Assembly: GCF_004010195.1 (NCBI RefSeq)
Contig: NC_057720.1
Span: forward strand, 32,326,650 to 32,390,649
Source: Chiloscyllium plagiosum
Taxonomy: Eukaryota
Direction of reading: 5' to 3'
DNA: 64,000 bases
A program made the translations under genes and the position numbers. Positions 51,180 to 64,000 of this stretch are shown piece after piece (position 1 is the stretch's first letter; the number at the start of each line of letters is the position of its first letter). The notes below the pieces were generated by a model. That model saw only the letters and a program-made list of their open reading frames with translations, searched no databases and was not told the origin of the DNA.

Positions 51180-52890
51180 CTGGTCTAAGATCAAAATGTG
51201 AAACTGCAGGAGATGGGAGAGATACTAAATGAGTATTTTTGCATCAGTGTTTAATGTGGAGAAGGATATGGAAACTAGAGAAATGGAGAAATAAATATTG
51301 ATATCTAAGAAGTGGCAGATGGAGTACACCGTGGGAAAGTGTGAGGTCATGCACTTTGGTAGGAAGAATAGAGACATGGACTATTTTCTAAATGGGGAGA
51401 AAATCCAGAAGTCTGAAGTCCAAGAGACTTGGGACTTCTAGTCCAGGATTCTCTCAAGCTAAACTCGCAGGTTGAGTCAGTAGTTAGGAAGGCAAATGTG
51501 ATATTCGCATTTATTTTGAGAGGACTTGATTTTCAAAGTAGGGATGTAATTCCGAGGCTCTGTAAGGCTCTGGTCAGACCACATTTGAAGTATTGTGAGC
51601 AGTTTTGGGCCCCGTATCTCAGGAAGGATGTACTGGCCTGAGCGTGTTCAGAGGAAGTTCACGAGAATGGTCCCAGGAATGAAAAGCTTAATACAGGAGG
51701 AACGTTGGAGGATTGTGGTTCTATATTTAATGAAGTTTAGAAGGATGGGGGGAATCTAATTGAAGCTTACAGAATACTGAATGGCCTGGATAGAGTAGAT
51801 GCTGGGAAAATGTTTCCATTGGTAGGAGAGACTAGGACCTGAGAGCTCGGCCTTAGAGTAAAGGGAAGACTTTTTAGGATGGAGATAAGGAGAAACTTCT
51901 TCAGCAGAGAGTGATGAATCTATGGAATGCACTGCCATAGAAGCTGTGGAGGCCAGGTCATTGAGTATATTTAAGATGGAGATAGATGGGTTCTTGATTG
52001 TCAAGGGGATCAAGGGTTACAGGCAGAATGTGGGAGAATAGGGTTGAGAAACTTATAAGCCATGATTGAATGGCGGATCAGACTCGATGGGCTGAATTAC
52101 CTAATTTCAGCTCCTATGTCTTATCTTCAAAAATGTTCATATTACTGAGGAGGTGATGTACGATGTTTTGAAACACATGAAGGTGGATAAATCCCTGGGA
52201 CCTGATCAGGTGTACTTTAGAACTTTGTGGGAAGCTAGGGAACTGATTGTTGGCCCCATTGCTGAAATATTTGTATCAACGATGACCACAGGTGAGGTGC
52301 TGGAAGACTGGACAGCTGTACAGGACATTGGGTGGGCCACTTTGGAATACTGCATGCAATTCTACTCTCCCTGCTATAGAAGGGATGTTGTGAAATTTGA
52401 AAGGGTCCAGAAAAGATTTGCAAGGCTATTGCTAAGGTTAGAGGGTTTAAGCTATTAGGGAGAGGCTGAATAGATTGGGGCTGTTTTCCTTGGAGTGTCA
52501 GAGGCTGAGGGGTGACCTGATAGAAGTTTACAAAATCATGAGGGGCATATATAGGGTAAATAGCCAAGGTCCTTTCCCCAAGGTAGCGGAGTCTGAAGCT
52601 AGAGGGCTTATGTTTCAGGTGAGAAGGAAAAGATTTAATAGGGACCAAAGGGGCAACTTTTTCATGCAGAGAGTGGTGCGTGTATGAAATAAGCTGTCAG
52701 AGGAATTGGTGGAGGTTTGTACAATTACAACATTTAAAAGGCATCTGGATTGGTATCTGAATAGGAAGGGTTCAAAGGATATGGGCCAAATGCTGGCAAA
52801 TGGGACTAGATTAGGTTAGGATACCTGGTTGGCATTGGATGGGTAGGACCAAAGGTTCTGTTTCTATGCTGTACGTCTCTGTGACTCTAT
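51180..52890 (+). mobile_element. CR1 fragment with a second CR1 3' fragment nested at ~51307-52125
   Basis: Host EMGEILNEYF..EINIDI resumes at KNVHITEEV..KVDKS.GPDQ. The insert has its own 3' UTR ending ctcctatgtcttat. Confidence 0.85.
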
Positions 52891-53559
52891 AAGAAAACAA
52901 AGGAAAAGCCATCAGAATCATTGAGATCTTAGCTGATGTCAAAATTTATTGGGTGCTACACTAACCTATTATTTGGGAATAGAAGAGGTTTTGTTCTTAC
53001 AAACTAACTCTTAGATGAAGGTGGGCAAAGAGGCAACAGTTAAGATAGCTGTCCATTGTTACTTGTCAAGAAGGTTCAGACAGGTAATTGACATGACGTG
53101 TCATGCCAGCCCACAAAATAAGTGATATTAACAGGAGTGTAGGAAGGTGGGGAAAGGAGATCCAGGGGAGTGAGCCTTGTGGGCCCTATGGGAAGCCGGT
53201 AGGGATGTCCTGGGTCTCTGTCAATAGTACTCAGTCGTGGACGACTGTAGGATCCTCAAACCTGTAAGTAGATTTAAAATAACATTATTTGTAATTTTTA
53301 CAGATTCAGAATTTAAGTATAAAAGTGTAGAACGGTTATTAAAAATGTTAAAGTTAGATCTGCTGTAGGGAGCTCGCAAGGAATTGCACGGTGTCAGCGC
53401 CATCTTTGCCTACACAACGTGGATTGTAACAATTCAAAAAGGTGGCACAACATTATCAACTAAGAGCAATGAGGGATGAACAATAAATACCTGTGTACCA
53501 AAAAAAATTCGTTCACCCACCACTTCTCAGCCTGCTAACTTCCATTGGCATTTAGCATG

Positions 53560-53935
53560 ATGATGCCTTGATGTTTGAAATTCTCCTTCTTTCAAATATT
53601 TCTTGGGTTTGCCTGTACCATCTCAGAGCCATCCTTCAGGTTTCCAAGAATTGTGTGCTGTTTTGATACTGGCCTCTTGCACATTCCAGTTTCCATCTCT
53701 GTAGTTGGCAATCATACCTTCAACTCCTTCGTTCCTAAACGCTAGAATTTTATCACTAATCTCTCTACCTTTCTGTCTCCTCCTCTGAAATCTACCTCTT
53801 TGACCAAGCTTTTGCTTACCTAACCTAATATCTCTTTATATGGATTTGTATCAAATGTTGCTAGATGTTGGCCATATGAAGTGCCTTGAGACCTTGCAAT
53901 ATTAGACATTATTATACATCTAAGTTATTGATGAA
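53560..53935 (+). mobile_element. L2-like LINE 3' end
   Basis: ctggcctcttg..acctctttgaccaagctttt..tgaagtgccttgaga..tatatac tail, typical of L2 3' ends; diverged. Confidence 0.5.
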
Positions 53936-55453
53936 ACATCAAAAACATTTCTGACATTATATTCTGTGCCTGTGATGTTGCACTTTTTTTGCATCCTTCT
54001 TCATACCAGTCACATTTTGCAATGTGTTTGAGTGATCTCTGAACCCATCCCCTTTGTATACAAATTTGTAGCAGTAATTTTTATTCTAATTTATTAATTG
54101 GGCTTATTTAAGACACAGGGCTTGCTGGTTTTAGCTATATATTTATCTGACTATTTACCATTGTGACTTTTAAGTTGTTCCAATATCGTTTTCTGAATCC
54201 AATCTGAATTTCATTCTAATCAATTTTATTTCATTATTGCTTTGTTTTATGAAAGTATAGCCCTTTTATGTATTAAAGCTGGCTGTTGGTAGAATGTATC
54301 CAATACCGTTGTACAGATTGGGTTTCCATTATCCATACATCCAAAACCAAAAAGACATAAAAACCAAAGGTCTTTTTGGCAGTGGACCCAAATGGACCTG
54401 TCGACACTGTAGGACCATTCAGCTTAAGCAAAGCATTTTTTCCAAAGGCCCTGAACAGACCCTAACAGACCCAAATGAACTGTAGTGAACACAAAAAACA
54501 AAAATATCTTTCATCTGAAAACCTGTTGATGCCAATTTGTCAACTTAAATTGGATCATTCTGTTGCAGTTCCATCTGAAAGCTGATCCCCTCAAGGTTAT
54601 TTCCATATGTATTATATTTCTAAGGTGTTTACTTTTATTGCTACACTTAAGCCCTCTCTTGTTCCAGTCAGAAATGCCTAGTTGAGGATCAGATTACTTT
54701 GTACAGTTTCCATCCATTGGCATCACTTGGGACTACTGCCCACAGTTTACACTCATGATGTCACTGTTGCATGATGTTTGAACATAAAATACCTATGGGC
54801 AAACTGATAATCAATTGTTTTATCGCACATATAAATATTTGTGTACATATCTTCCTTTGCATTACTTGAATGCATTAATTTGGATGACTTCCATTAATAT
54901 TCTTGGCATGAAGTAAATCATGGACAGGAAAAGACTATATGATCCATCAAACCTGTGTTTTTCTCAGCCATGATGCAGTGTAGTCTTCTGAAAGGCATAA
55001 GCAAACTTTAAAAATCTCAGGACAATAAAAAGAAAAAAAATCTGAAATATTCTTCTCTGATCATGCTTTTATATTACTTTGCATTACTTACAGAGTACAT
55101 TTATGAAATTTGTTCCATCGATTTACAACCATCTGCAAAACGAATCTTCAAACAGCCTTACCTTTGCAAAATTCTGCATGTGACCTCTGAGCTTTCCAAA
55201 TCTATTACTGACAACCCAATATACTCTTTTTAACTATCTTAAAGTTCTGTCAGATCTCCATGAAAATTTGGCATTTCTGCTATTAATGTAACCAGCATTT
55301 CTAAGCCTCTATGAGTCACAAAAGTTGTTCAAACTAGAAATCGTTCTTGTGGCCCTCCTCTGAATCATTTCTGATGCCTCTATATCACCCAGAAGTATTG
55401 AATGATGTAGCTGAACTGACAAAATTTGTTTTGTCTTTGGTTGATGTGCACAG

Positions 55454-55565
55454 CTGAACAAAGGGACTTTGTTGGAGTTGATGACACGTGCAAACGTCTA
55501 CTTTTCTTGGCTAATGAAGCTGACTTGGATGACGAGCTTGTCATTAAGAAGTCCTTGATGCAGAA
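55454..55565 (+). CDS. EIF2B3: EIF2B3 fourth coding exon ([38 protein letters not shown]); the gene continues beyond the window
   Basis: cacAG acceptor, AA|GTGAGT donor. 112 nt, phase 1 to phase 2. Matches the recalled EQRDFIGVD..KRLLFMANEADLDEEL. No next exon was recognised in 55566-64000. Confidence 0.96.
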
Positions 55566-55676
55566 GTGAGTAATTTCAGCACTTTTTCTATTCTGTTTCT
55601 TATTTCTTTAAAACAGGTACTAATAATTTCAAATAAATGTGGACTTAATAACGTATGACGTGCCTGCTTTTACTCT

Positions 55677-56876
55677 GGGAGAAAGTGAGGACTGCAGATG
55701 CTGGAGATCAGAGCTGAAAATGTGTTGCTGGAAAAGTGCAGCAGGTGAGGCAGCATCCAAAGAGCAGGAGAATCGACGTTTCGGGCATGAGCCCTTCTTC
55801 AGGAATGAGGAAAGTGTGCCAAGCAAGCTAAGATAAAAGGTAGGGAGGAGGGACTTGGGGGAGGGGCGTTGGAAATGCGATAGGTGGAAGGAGGNNNNNN
55901 NNNNNNNNNNNNNNNNNNNNNNNNNNNNNNNNNNNNNNNNNNNNNNNNNNNNNNNNNNNNNNNNNNNNNNNNNNNNNNNNNNNNNNNNNNNNNNNNNNNN
56001 NNNNNNNNNNNNNNNNNNNNNNNNNNNNNNNNNNNNNNNNNNNNNNNNNNNNNNNNNNNNNNNNNNNNNNNNNNNNNNNNNNNNNNNNNNNNNNNNNNNN
56101 NNNNNNNNNNNNNNNNNNNNNNNNNNNNNNNNNNNNNNNNNNNNNNNNNNNNNNNNNNNNNNNNNNNNNNNNNNNNNNNNNNNNNNNNNNNNNNNNNNNN
56201 NNNNNNNNNNNNNNNNNNNNNNNNNNNNNNNNNNNNNNNNNNNNNNNNNNNNNNNNNNNNNNNNNNNNNNNNNNNNNNNNNNNNNNNNNNNNNNNNNNNN
56301 NNNNNNNNNNNNNNNNNNNNNNNNNNNNNNNNNNNNNNNNNNNNNNNNNNNNNNNNNNNNNNNNNNNNNNNNNNNNNNNNNNNNNNNNNNNNNNNNNNNN
56401 NNNNNNNNNNNNNNNNNNNNNNNNNNNNNNNNNNNNNNNNNNNNNNNNNNNNNNNNNNNCACTCCACCAAGGACATGCAGGTCCTTGGACTCCTCCATTG
56501 CCAGACCATAGCAACACGACGGCTGGAGGAAGAGTGCCTCATCCTCTGCCTAGGAACCCACCAACCACAAAGGATGAACTCAGATTTCTCCAGTTCCCTC
56601 ATTCCCCCTCCCCCCACCTTATCCCACTCCCAACCCTTGAACTCAGCACCACCTTCCTAACCTGCAATCTTCTTCCTGACCTCTCCGCCCCCACCCTCAC
56701 TCTGGCCTATCACCCTCACCTTAACTCCTTCCACCTATTGCATTTCCAACGCCCCTCCCCCAAGTCCCTCCTCCCTACCTTTTATCTTAGCTTGCTTGGC
56801 ACACTTTCCTCATTCCTGAAGAAAGGCTCATGCCCGAAACATCGATTCTCCTGCTCCTTGGATGCTGCCTCACCTG
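55677..56876 (+). mobile_element. Penelope-like element with inverted terminal copies and GIY-YIG endonuclease C-terminus; contains an assembly gap
   Basis: HSTKDMQVLGLLHCQTIATRRLEEECLILCLGTHQPQRMN resembles the PLE endonuclease end (R..E..LI..L.T..P.G.N). Inverted arms. 13-bp TSD CTGCTTTTACTCT at 55664-55676 and 56877-56889. Confidence 0.85.
55895..56459. other. Assembly gap (N run)
   Basis: 565 consecutive Ns. Confidence 1.
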
Positions 56877-57479
56877 CTGCTTTTACTCTAGAAACGAAAA
56901 ACCTTGATCTCTTCCTGTTGGGAAATCTTAATTCTACGTAAATTGCTAAGTGGCTAGATCATTTCCCATCAAAAAGATAGTTTGTTGGCTACTGAAAGGG
57001 AAACTTAGATGAGAAAACTAAATTAATAATTTTCTTTTGGTGATGTTCAGGTCACTGCCTTTCTTTTTAACAGAACTGAATTTGACAATCAGGCCATCAC
57101 CAGTAGCAACGTGACCATGTATGGAGAGATAAATAAAAAAACTCACATCTCATGATAATACCATGTGAGGCTTTAAAACATGTGATATGGTATTAGGATA
57201 CCACTTAAGTGTGCGAGAATATGCTGATACCAGTTCAAATTAGATTGGTGCAAAGGATGGGAGATCTTGCATTGAAGAATAGATTTCAAACATGTGTATC
57301 TACTTGATAAGCAGCATGGCATGAATTGGTTGATGTGCCAGTCAAGTGAGACAATATCTTTAAAATGAATGAGAAATTGATGCTTACTCCTTGAAGAAAC
57401 TGACCTTAAAACAATGAGTGAAACATTGATACATGCTAAGTGAGCAAACTTAGAGTGAAAGGAGGAAAAAAAATTGGAA

Positions 57480-57675
57480 ACCAAAACAGAAGTTGCTGGA
57501 AAAGCTGAAGAGGTCTGGCAGCATCTGTGAAGAGAAATCAAGAGTTAACATTTCCCGACTTGAAACGTTAACTCTAATTTCTTTTCACAAATGTTGTTAG
57601 ATCTGCTGAGCTTTTCCAGTAACTTCTGTTTCAGTTTCTGATTTATAGCATCTGCATTTCTTTTTGTTATTTTTA
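57480..57675. mobile_element. Older palindromic Penelope-type element
   Basis: aaacagaagttgctggaaaagct..gagttaacatttc pairs with gaaacgttaactc..agcttttccagtaacttctgttt as inverted arms. Confidence 0.7.
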
Positions 57676-58190
57676 GGAAAATAATTGGATTTGGATAACT
57701 AATGCATGAGAAATAAGAACATTTATTAAGAAGTATCTTAGAGATGGATGTTGGGAAGTTAGTTTTGCAACTGCATTTGCAGGACTGTGAGATGATATAG
57801 AGCATACAGCACAGACACAGGCCCTCAGGCTCAACTCACCCATGCCTATCAAGTTTCCAAAACTAAATTAGTCCCATTTACCTGCATTTGGTCCTAATCC
57901 CTCTAAATCTTACCTATCCATATTCCTATCCAAAAGTCTTTTAAATGTTGTAATATTACCTTGGCTACTCACTTTATATTCCTCATGGTTGTATAAACCT
58001 CTTTAAGGACACCCCTCAGCCTATACTCTCAAAGTTCTAAAGAAAGGTCACTGGGTCTGAACTATTTGCTTTTTCTCACAGAAGCTGCCAGACCTGCTGA
58101 GTTCCTCCAGCTTTTTATGTTTTTGTTGAGATTTATTAGCAGTCAGCCATTTCATTCTTCAGATGTAATATTTACTTGGCCAGTTTATTG

Positions 58191-58386
58191 GAGAAAGTGA
58201 GGACTGCAGATGCTGCAGATCAGAGCTGAAAATGTGTTACTGGAAGAGCGCAGCAGGTCAGGCAGCATCCAAGGAGCAGGAGAATCAACGTTTCAGGCAT
58301 GAGCCTGAAGAAGGGCTCATGCCCGAAACGTCGATTCCCCTGCTCCTTGGCTGCTGCCTGACCTGCTGTGCTTTTCCAGCAACACA
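58191..58386. mobile_element. Palindromic Penelope-derived element (family 1)
   Basis: 15-bp TSD TTGGCCAGTTTATTG at 58176-58190 and 58387-58401. Intact core CTGAAGA..GAAACGTC at 58305-58332. Confidence 0.88.
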
Positions 58387-59069
58387 TTGGCCAGTTTATT
58401 GTCAGGGAAGCTATATCAGAACAAGTCTCATTCTTATAACTAGACTATTTGTCTATATTTCACTGACATTGCTTCGTTAATACTCTTCTCTGGCAGACTG
58501 GATGCATTGTGAAGGGAGAATAGCATTTACAAATGAGTACTGTGGGTCCAGCAGTGCCAGTCTGAATGCAGCTTTGTTTCCCTAAATCCATGCATGACCA
58601 TCCATATTTTTACAAGCTTTTCATAAACCAGCTCATTCACAGGTTGAAAAGAAAAGGAAAGAAAAAGTCTCGGATCTTTCAAAGGTACATGCTTGCTTTT
58701 CCAGATGGGATGATATTGGCTGTACATTTTTTTAAAGGCAACATATGGAGGAACCACATCCTACTAAGCTAGAATGTTTATGTTTTAATGTATAGAAATA
58801 TACACAAGTGTACAAAAACCGACGGTTTACTGTATTTACTGGATGATTACTTTGAGTGCGTAATGATTTTGGCTGAAGAGCAATAATTCTAACACTTCAC
58901 TGCTCAAGGTACCATTCAAGCATGTTGAGCAATTTATTTTTCAATGCTGGTGTCAAAAGGGGCAAACGCGTAATTCACATGCTGTCAGTAAGACAGGGTA
59001 CCAGATCAGAAGGCATTTAGGAGTTTACCATATTGTTATGGGACTGGACATATGGACAAAGGTTTTACA

Positions 59070-60400
59070 GAATCTCAGAATTGTTGCTGTGCAGAATGAG
59101 GCCATTCAGCCCATCATGTCTGCACTAGCCCTCTGAGCATTTCAGCTTATGACAAGTTCCTATATTATTCCTGTTTAAATGATCATTTACTACCCTCTTG
59201 ATTGCCTCAATTGAACTTGCCTCCTCCGCAATTCCAGGCAGTATTTTACAAACCATGACTATTCACTATGTGAAAAGTTTTTCCTCACTTTGCATTCACT
59301 TCTTTTGCAAAATATTTCAAAACTGTGCTGTTTGGTTCTCAATTATTCTATGGGCAGGAACAGTTTGACCCTCTTGACCCTGTCCAGACCACATGATTTT
59401 GAAAACCTTGATCAGATCTCTCAGTCTTTTCCTCTCCATGCACAACAGTTCCAATTTCTCCAGTCTAGCTTCATAACTGGAGGTTCTCCTCCCTGGAACT
59501 GTTTTTCTAAACCTATGCTGCATTCTTGCCAATGTTACACATTGTTTCTAAAGTGTGGCAGCTAAAATGGCACACAGTACTCCAGCTGAGGATTAAATAA
59601 TGTCTATCTGCAAGTTCACCATAATGTCCCTGCTCTTATATGTCCCTGTTCTTATAGTCTATGCCCTTGTTATTAAAATATTGAATATGTATGCTTTAAT
59701 TGCTTTCTTTACTCATCCTGCAAACTTTAATGACTTATGCCCATATACACACTTGTCTCTCTGCTCCTGTACACCCCTTAGATTCGTACTTTTTTATTTT
59801 ATGTGGTCACTCCATGTAATTTGAACCAAAGTACAGCACCTCACACTAACTACATTGAACTTTATCTGCTGCTTGTCCACACACTCCACCAACATGTCAA
59901 TGTTCTCCTTTCTACACTTGTCATCCTCTCAATTAACCATTCTGCTAAGTCTTGTACTATCTGCACACTTTGAAATTGTCCCTTGCAAGATCTAGATTGT
60001 TAACATGTATCAGAAAAGGCAAGAGTCCCACTGCTAACTCCTGAGGATCTCAACTAAAAACCTTCCTTCAGCCTGAAAAATACCCATTATCTATTATTCT
60101 CTTTACTAACCCTCAGTCAATTTTGTATCCACATTGCTAATGTTCGTTTTATTCCATAAACTGCCACTTTCCTAACAATTCTATTGTTGCCACTTACTAA
60201 AACACCCCTGGAAGTCCCTGTACACCACACCAATAATATTGCTTTCATCAGCAATCTCTGTTACCTCTTCAGAAAACTCCAGTAAATTAGACAATTTGCC
60301 TTTGCTGCCTCTCCTTAATTAACCCACATTTGTCCATATTACAGTTAATTTATCCCAAGTAATTGTTTCTAGAAGTTTCCCTATTACCAAAGGTAACTCC
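59070..60400 (-). mobile_element. Decayed CR1 LINE
   Basis: RMQHRFRKTVPG..SYEARLEKLEL..RKRLRDLIKVFKIM plus upstream RT remnants. Confidence 0.75.
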
Positions 60401-60642
60401 AGTTTTAGTCTGCTTCCAATGGGCTAGAATTAGGACATCTATCTGCTATTTGATCTGGAATATGATGCACAAGACATTTATCAATAAAAGTACAACTAGT
60501 TCTGACTCATGTTTTAGCATTATGACAAAGTGTTCGCTTGCTGAAACATAAGCATGTGTTACTGCAGATTTTGCTGTAACAATAAAGCACAATTGTATTA
60601 ACAGAAGAAATGAAGATAAACTAAAATAAGCAAAGCAATCTA

Positions 60643-61264
60643 CAGAGGAACCCTGATTATCTGAATATGAATTATCCGAATTTTGGATTATCCAAAGAAG
60701 ATCTCCAAGTCCTGATAGAAACATTACACCAAAGAGGTGTTGCAACACTGATCGCGTCTTTTGTTTACAGTGATTAAAAGTGAATTTGGCTTACTGAAAT
60801 GCTGCTGAGAACAGTTCTGGACATCACCAGGCACCATGTCCAAATGACTGACTGGAAACACACACACACACACACTCACTCTCTCTCTCTCCCTCTCTCT
60901 CTCCCTCTCTCTCTCCCTCTCTCTCTCCCTCGCACTCCCTCGCACTCCCTCGCTCTCTTCCCCCTCTCTGTCTCTCTCCTGAACAAGGAGCAGACTTAGC
61001 AAGTGCTTGCTGTGTCAATTCCATTGAACTGATGGGGGTCGTCAGGGGCTTCAGCAGTTCTTCAGGTCCCTTCAACACAAGTGTGTGTCTGCTCAGAAGC
61101 AAACCCTGAGACAGAGAGAGAAAGCAAGGCAGGCAGAGCGAGGATAAAGGAAATTTCAGAAAACTCTGAGCCCCAGGAGAGGCATTCAGTCAATTAACGG
61201 AATAATCAATTATTGGAACGAAATAGTGCCCACCCATCTCGTTTGGATAATCGAGGTTCCTCTG
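60643..61264. mobile_element. Non-autonomous Tc1/mariner (Tigger/pogo-like) DNA transposon
   Basis: TA TSD. TIRs CAGAGGAACCCTGATTATCTGAA versus reverse complement CAGAGGAACCTCGATTATCCAAA. No transposase. Confidence 0.8.
60858..60980 (+). repeat. Compound (CA)n/(CT)n microsatellite
   Basis: Direct reading. Confidence 0.95.
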
Positions 61265-63144
61265 TACTTATAATACAAATACAAAATTTTGTAAAGCAAC
61301 AGTAAAAGAAATCCTATTAATCCCAAATGTGCCTTTTATAAGTTATAAAGAAATAAAACAGCTTTTGTCTAGTACCCAAAACACAGCCCTGGTACAATAC
61401 CAAAAAAATGCAACTTGTAAAATACACTTACCAGAGTTCCTGTGTCTAACACTACTGTATGTTTAAGTCTCTTCACTTTTTAGACTGGACTTGCAGATTG
61501 CTTCTCCCTGAAGTTTTCACACACCTACTTCAGTGTATTTGGATATAAGTAACTTCTCCAGTGTTTTATCCCAATACTTTTGGTCTAGGGCTTACACTAA
61601 TTATTTACTCTCGTTCATTAAGTAACCTTGCCTTCTTGCGGACTGCAGCATTTTCCTTTCCAAGGACTTCAAAGAACTGCTCCAAACTCAAAGTAAAAAC
61701 TAAAGCCTTCTGCCCTAACTTATTGGTAATTCTCTTAATCTTGAAATTAGCAACTTCCAGAAGCCTCAAACAAACCTTGAGGTCCTATACTTTCCCTTGC
61801 TGGGTCGTGAAACAAACTAATAAACAAAAAAAAAATGCATCAGTGGAGCACACAAAACCATTCAGTCTTAAGCATCAAACTGTTTTAAAAGAAATCACCA
61901 TGGCCACACAAATGCTTAATTATTAACTTAAGACATAAAAGTCCAGTGGTTACTAACTCAAAATTACAATAATTCCATAATTTACATCATAGCATCATCT
62001 CACCATACTCTCCTCCAGTTCTTCTGTAATCACTGCCATTTTTGTTTCTTTCCCTAGAGATTATTAGTGAAACAGTTGAGAATTGTATCATTATCTGGTA
62101 GCTTTCTACTTCCTTTCATTTGTTTTGGAATCTTTTCAACTAAAATCTTATTTTCTAGATTTAAACTGTCATTTTGCAATTATTACTTCAGATCTTTGAT
62201 TTACTGGTTCAGTAAAGTAATCTTGTCACTATGATATCCAACCATCAAGTTTTTCACCCAGAAAATATATCCATTGAGGTCTGTGTGGGAGATTGTGTGT
62301 GTTATCTGGATTGTGTGTAATGCTTTGAGCTGCTGTATGCTCTAGAGTGTTCTACATTTTGAGTAAACGTCTTCCAATGCACCGTTATATTCAACTCAGA
62401 TACAAATCTGTTAATGAATCTGGAAAAAACATTTATCTGATCATTAACCATTCAATTCTGAATTACTGTTCAAACAAGATGTTGTAGGTAGTTTGTTATC
62501 CAACTTTCTAACACTGATGCTCAAGAAGCAAAAACAGGTATGCAAAACCTTATCTTTGAAGATCATTTCTTTTCAGTAGTATGTATTTCCTCTGAAAACA
62601 GCATGGCATTTTTCTACATATCCAGTCTTTGTGTAGTTCTGTCATTAGATTTTTTTGATTGAATCCACAAGGTTAGATGTTCACTGGTTAGGTTCTTAAG
62701 ACTGGCCATTTTTATTTTCCATTGTTGCTTTTGCAAAAATCTGCCCCAAGGAAAAAAGCCATTAGTTACAACCAAGCACTTTAAGAAATAATGAAATTGA
62801 ATACAATGAGTGAATTTTAGCTTAAGATCGAAGTATGTGAATACTTTTGCAGTTTTAACGTGGGTTGTATAAAAGGTACAGCACACTATTTTGCATTTCC
62901 GTTGATGCCATGAAATTTGAAGTGTGCCAGAGCTCCCCCCCTTTGTTAGTTCTCTGGTATATCACCCACAGGCATGTGGCTACCTCTCCGTGTTTATACT
63001 GACAATTTCGAACTTTCTCACTCTCTGCCACCAGCCCTGGCTGGAAAGTTACCGATGTACTATCTTAGAGTCTGCCATTAAAGTATCATAACAAATTGGG
63101 TATGTGCTCAGATTCAGAGGCAGCAAAATTAAAATCAGTTAAGA

Positions 63145-63390
63145 TTAAAAACAGAAATTGCTGGAAAAACTCGGCGGGTCTGGCAGCGACTGTGGAGAGA
63201 AATCAGAGTTAGTGATTGATGTCGGGTAACGCTTCTTCAGAACTCACGTCTGAGTTCTTCATCAGTTCTTCAGAAGAGTCATTGGATCTGAAACGTTAAC
63301 TGATTTCTATCCACAGATGCTGCCAGACCTGCTGAGTTTTTCCAGCAGTTCTGTTTCTGATTTCCAGCTCTGTAGTTCATATGACTTTTT
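63145..63390. mobile_element. Older palindromic Penelope-type element
   Basis: aaacagaaattgctggaaaaactc..tggagagaaatcag pairs with ctgatttctatccacagatgctgccagacctgctgagtttttccagcagttctgttt. AATCAGTTA on both flanks. Confidence 0.7.
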
Positions 63391-64000
63391 ATGAATCAGT
63401 TATGTGTCATCCATTGAAGTCTGTAATTGTTCATGTTGATAGGATTAAATTATGCCCAAACATGCAAATGCTGTATTTTTACTACTTCTACATCATACCT
63501 GCTGACCTTTAACTTTCCCAATTGACTACTCTAATCTAAATTAATGTCTTCAACATGTTAAGGGTTGAATTCTTGAATATCTTCCTTGTGTTTCCACTAC
63601 TGTGCAGTTTTTAGCTTTTGTTTATGTTCTGTACCCCTGTGCAGGTTCTTGGTGATTATTTATAAAACCATGGCAGAGTGCCATAATTTCTTTTACTATG
63701 GTTAATGTATGGAGACGGGTCCCAAGTTCAAACATTGTATCCCAAGTGTGCCAAGCTCTACTACTTTAAGTTTAACTTTCTTATTTTCTCACCCACTGTG
63801 GTGTTGCCTTCCGTGCTAAAATAAACTTCCTCACAGCAAAGGAATGAGGCTATGTTAAATAATTTGAGGTTACCATTTTTTTCCAACCACACACATTTAC
63901 TAGCATAGTTTTAAAATTATAATTTAAACTGACTCCAGAATTCAGCCATTGAGATTAGCTTTAGGGAGACTATCTGAAATCACTAGGGTTAAAAAGAATG

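Noticed and set aside
54311..54530. Possible Tigger-like TIR (TACAGATTGGG..TTATCC)
   Set aside because: No matching right-hand TIR was found, so it was not called as an element.
55629..56660. Long ORFs (218-289 aa) in the ORF track
   Set aside because: They are artefacts of translating through the 565-N gap. Only the short Penelope endonuclease remnant after the gap is meaningful.
58640..58690. Possible small exon (cacAG..AAAG|GTACAT)
   Set aside because: It does not encode the expected next EIF2B3 segment (HPR...DAHLYC) and has no other support.
60724..61102. ORFs with ERERER/EREG/LSLP repeats
   Set aside because: These are translations of a (CA)/(CT) microsatellite inside a MITE.
1..64000. 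CRISPR arrays, operons, rRNA genes or other prokaryotic systems
   Set aside because: No regularly spaced repeat-spacer arrays or dense ORFs. The content is eukaryotic intron and repeat DNA.

Overview
This is vertebrate genomic DNA, not prokaryotic. The repeat families (HE1-like SINEs with (TAATC)n tails, CR1 LINEs with (CTCTATGA)n tails, Deu-domain SINEs) suggest a cartilaginous fish such as a shark; this is an inference. One host gene is present: the 5' part of EIF2B3 (eIF2B gamma) on the + strand. It has a CpG-rich promoter and putative non-coding exon 1 near 12.7-13.0 kb, and four coding exons at 16635-16782, 37280-37422, 47056-47215 and 55454-55565 that splice in frame. Most of the rest is decayed mobile DNA: CR1, L2 and Rex1 LINEs, SINEs, a solo LTR, Tc1/mariner MITEs and Penelope-like elements. 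Two things stand out. (1) A fossil viral-type class I fusion/envelope gene at about 2020-6830, split in three by two CR1 insertions, resembles by eye paramyxovirus-type F proteins and lokiretrovirus Env. (2) Short, often fold-back, Penelope-derived insertions carry minimal hammerhead-ribozyme cores on both strands and 13-17 bp target-site duplications. All family assignments were made by eye; no database searches were run.
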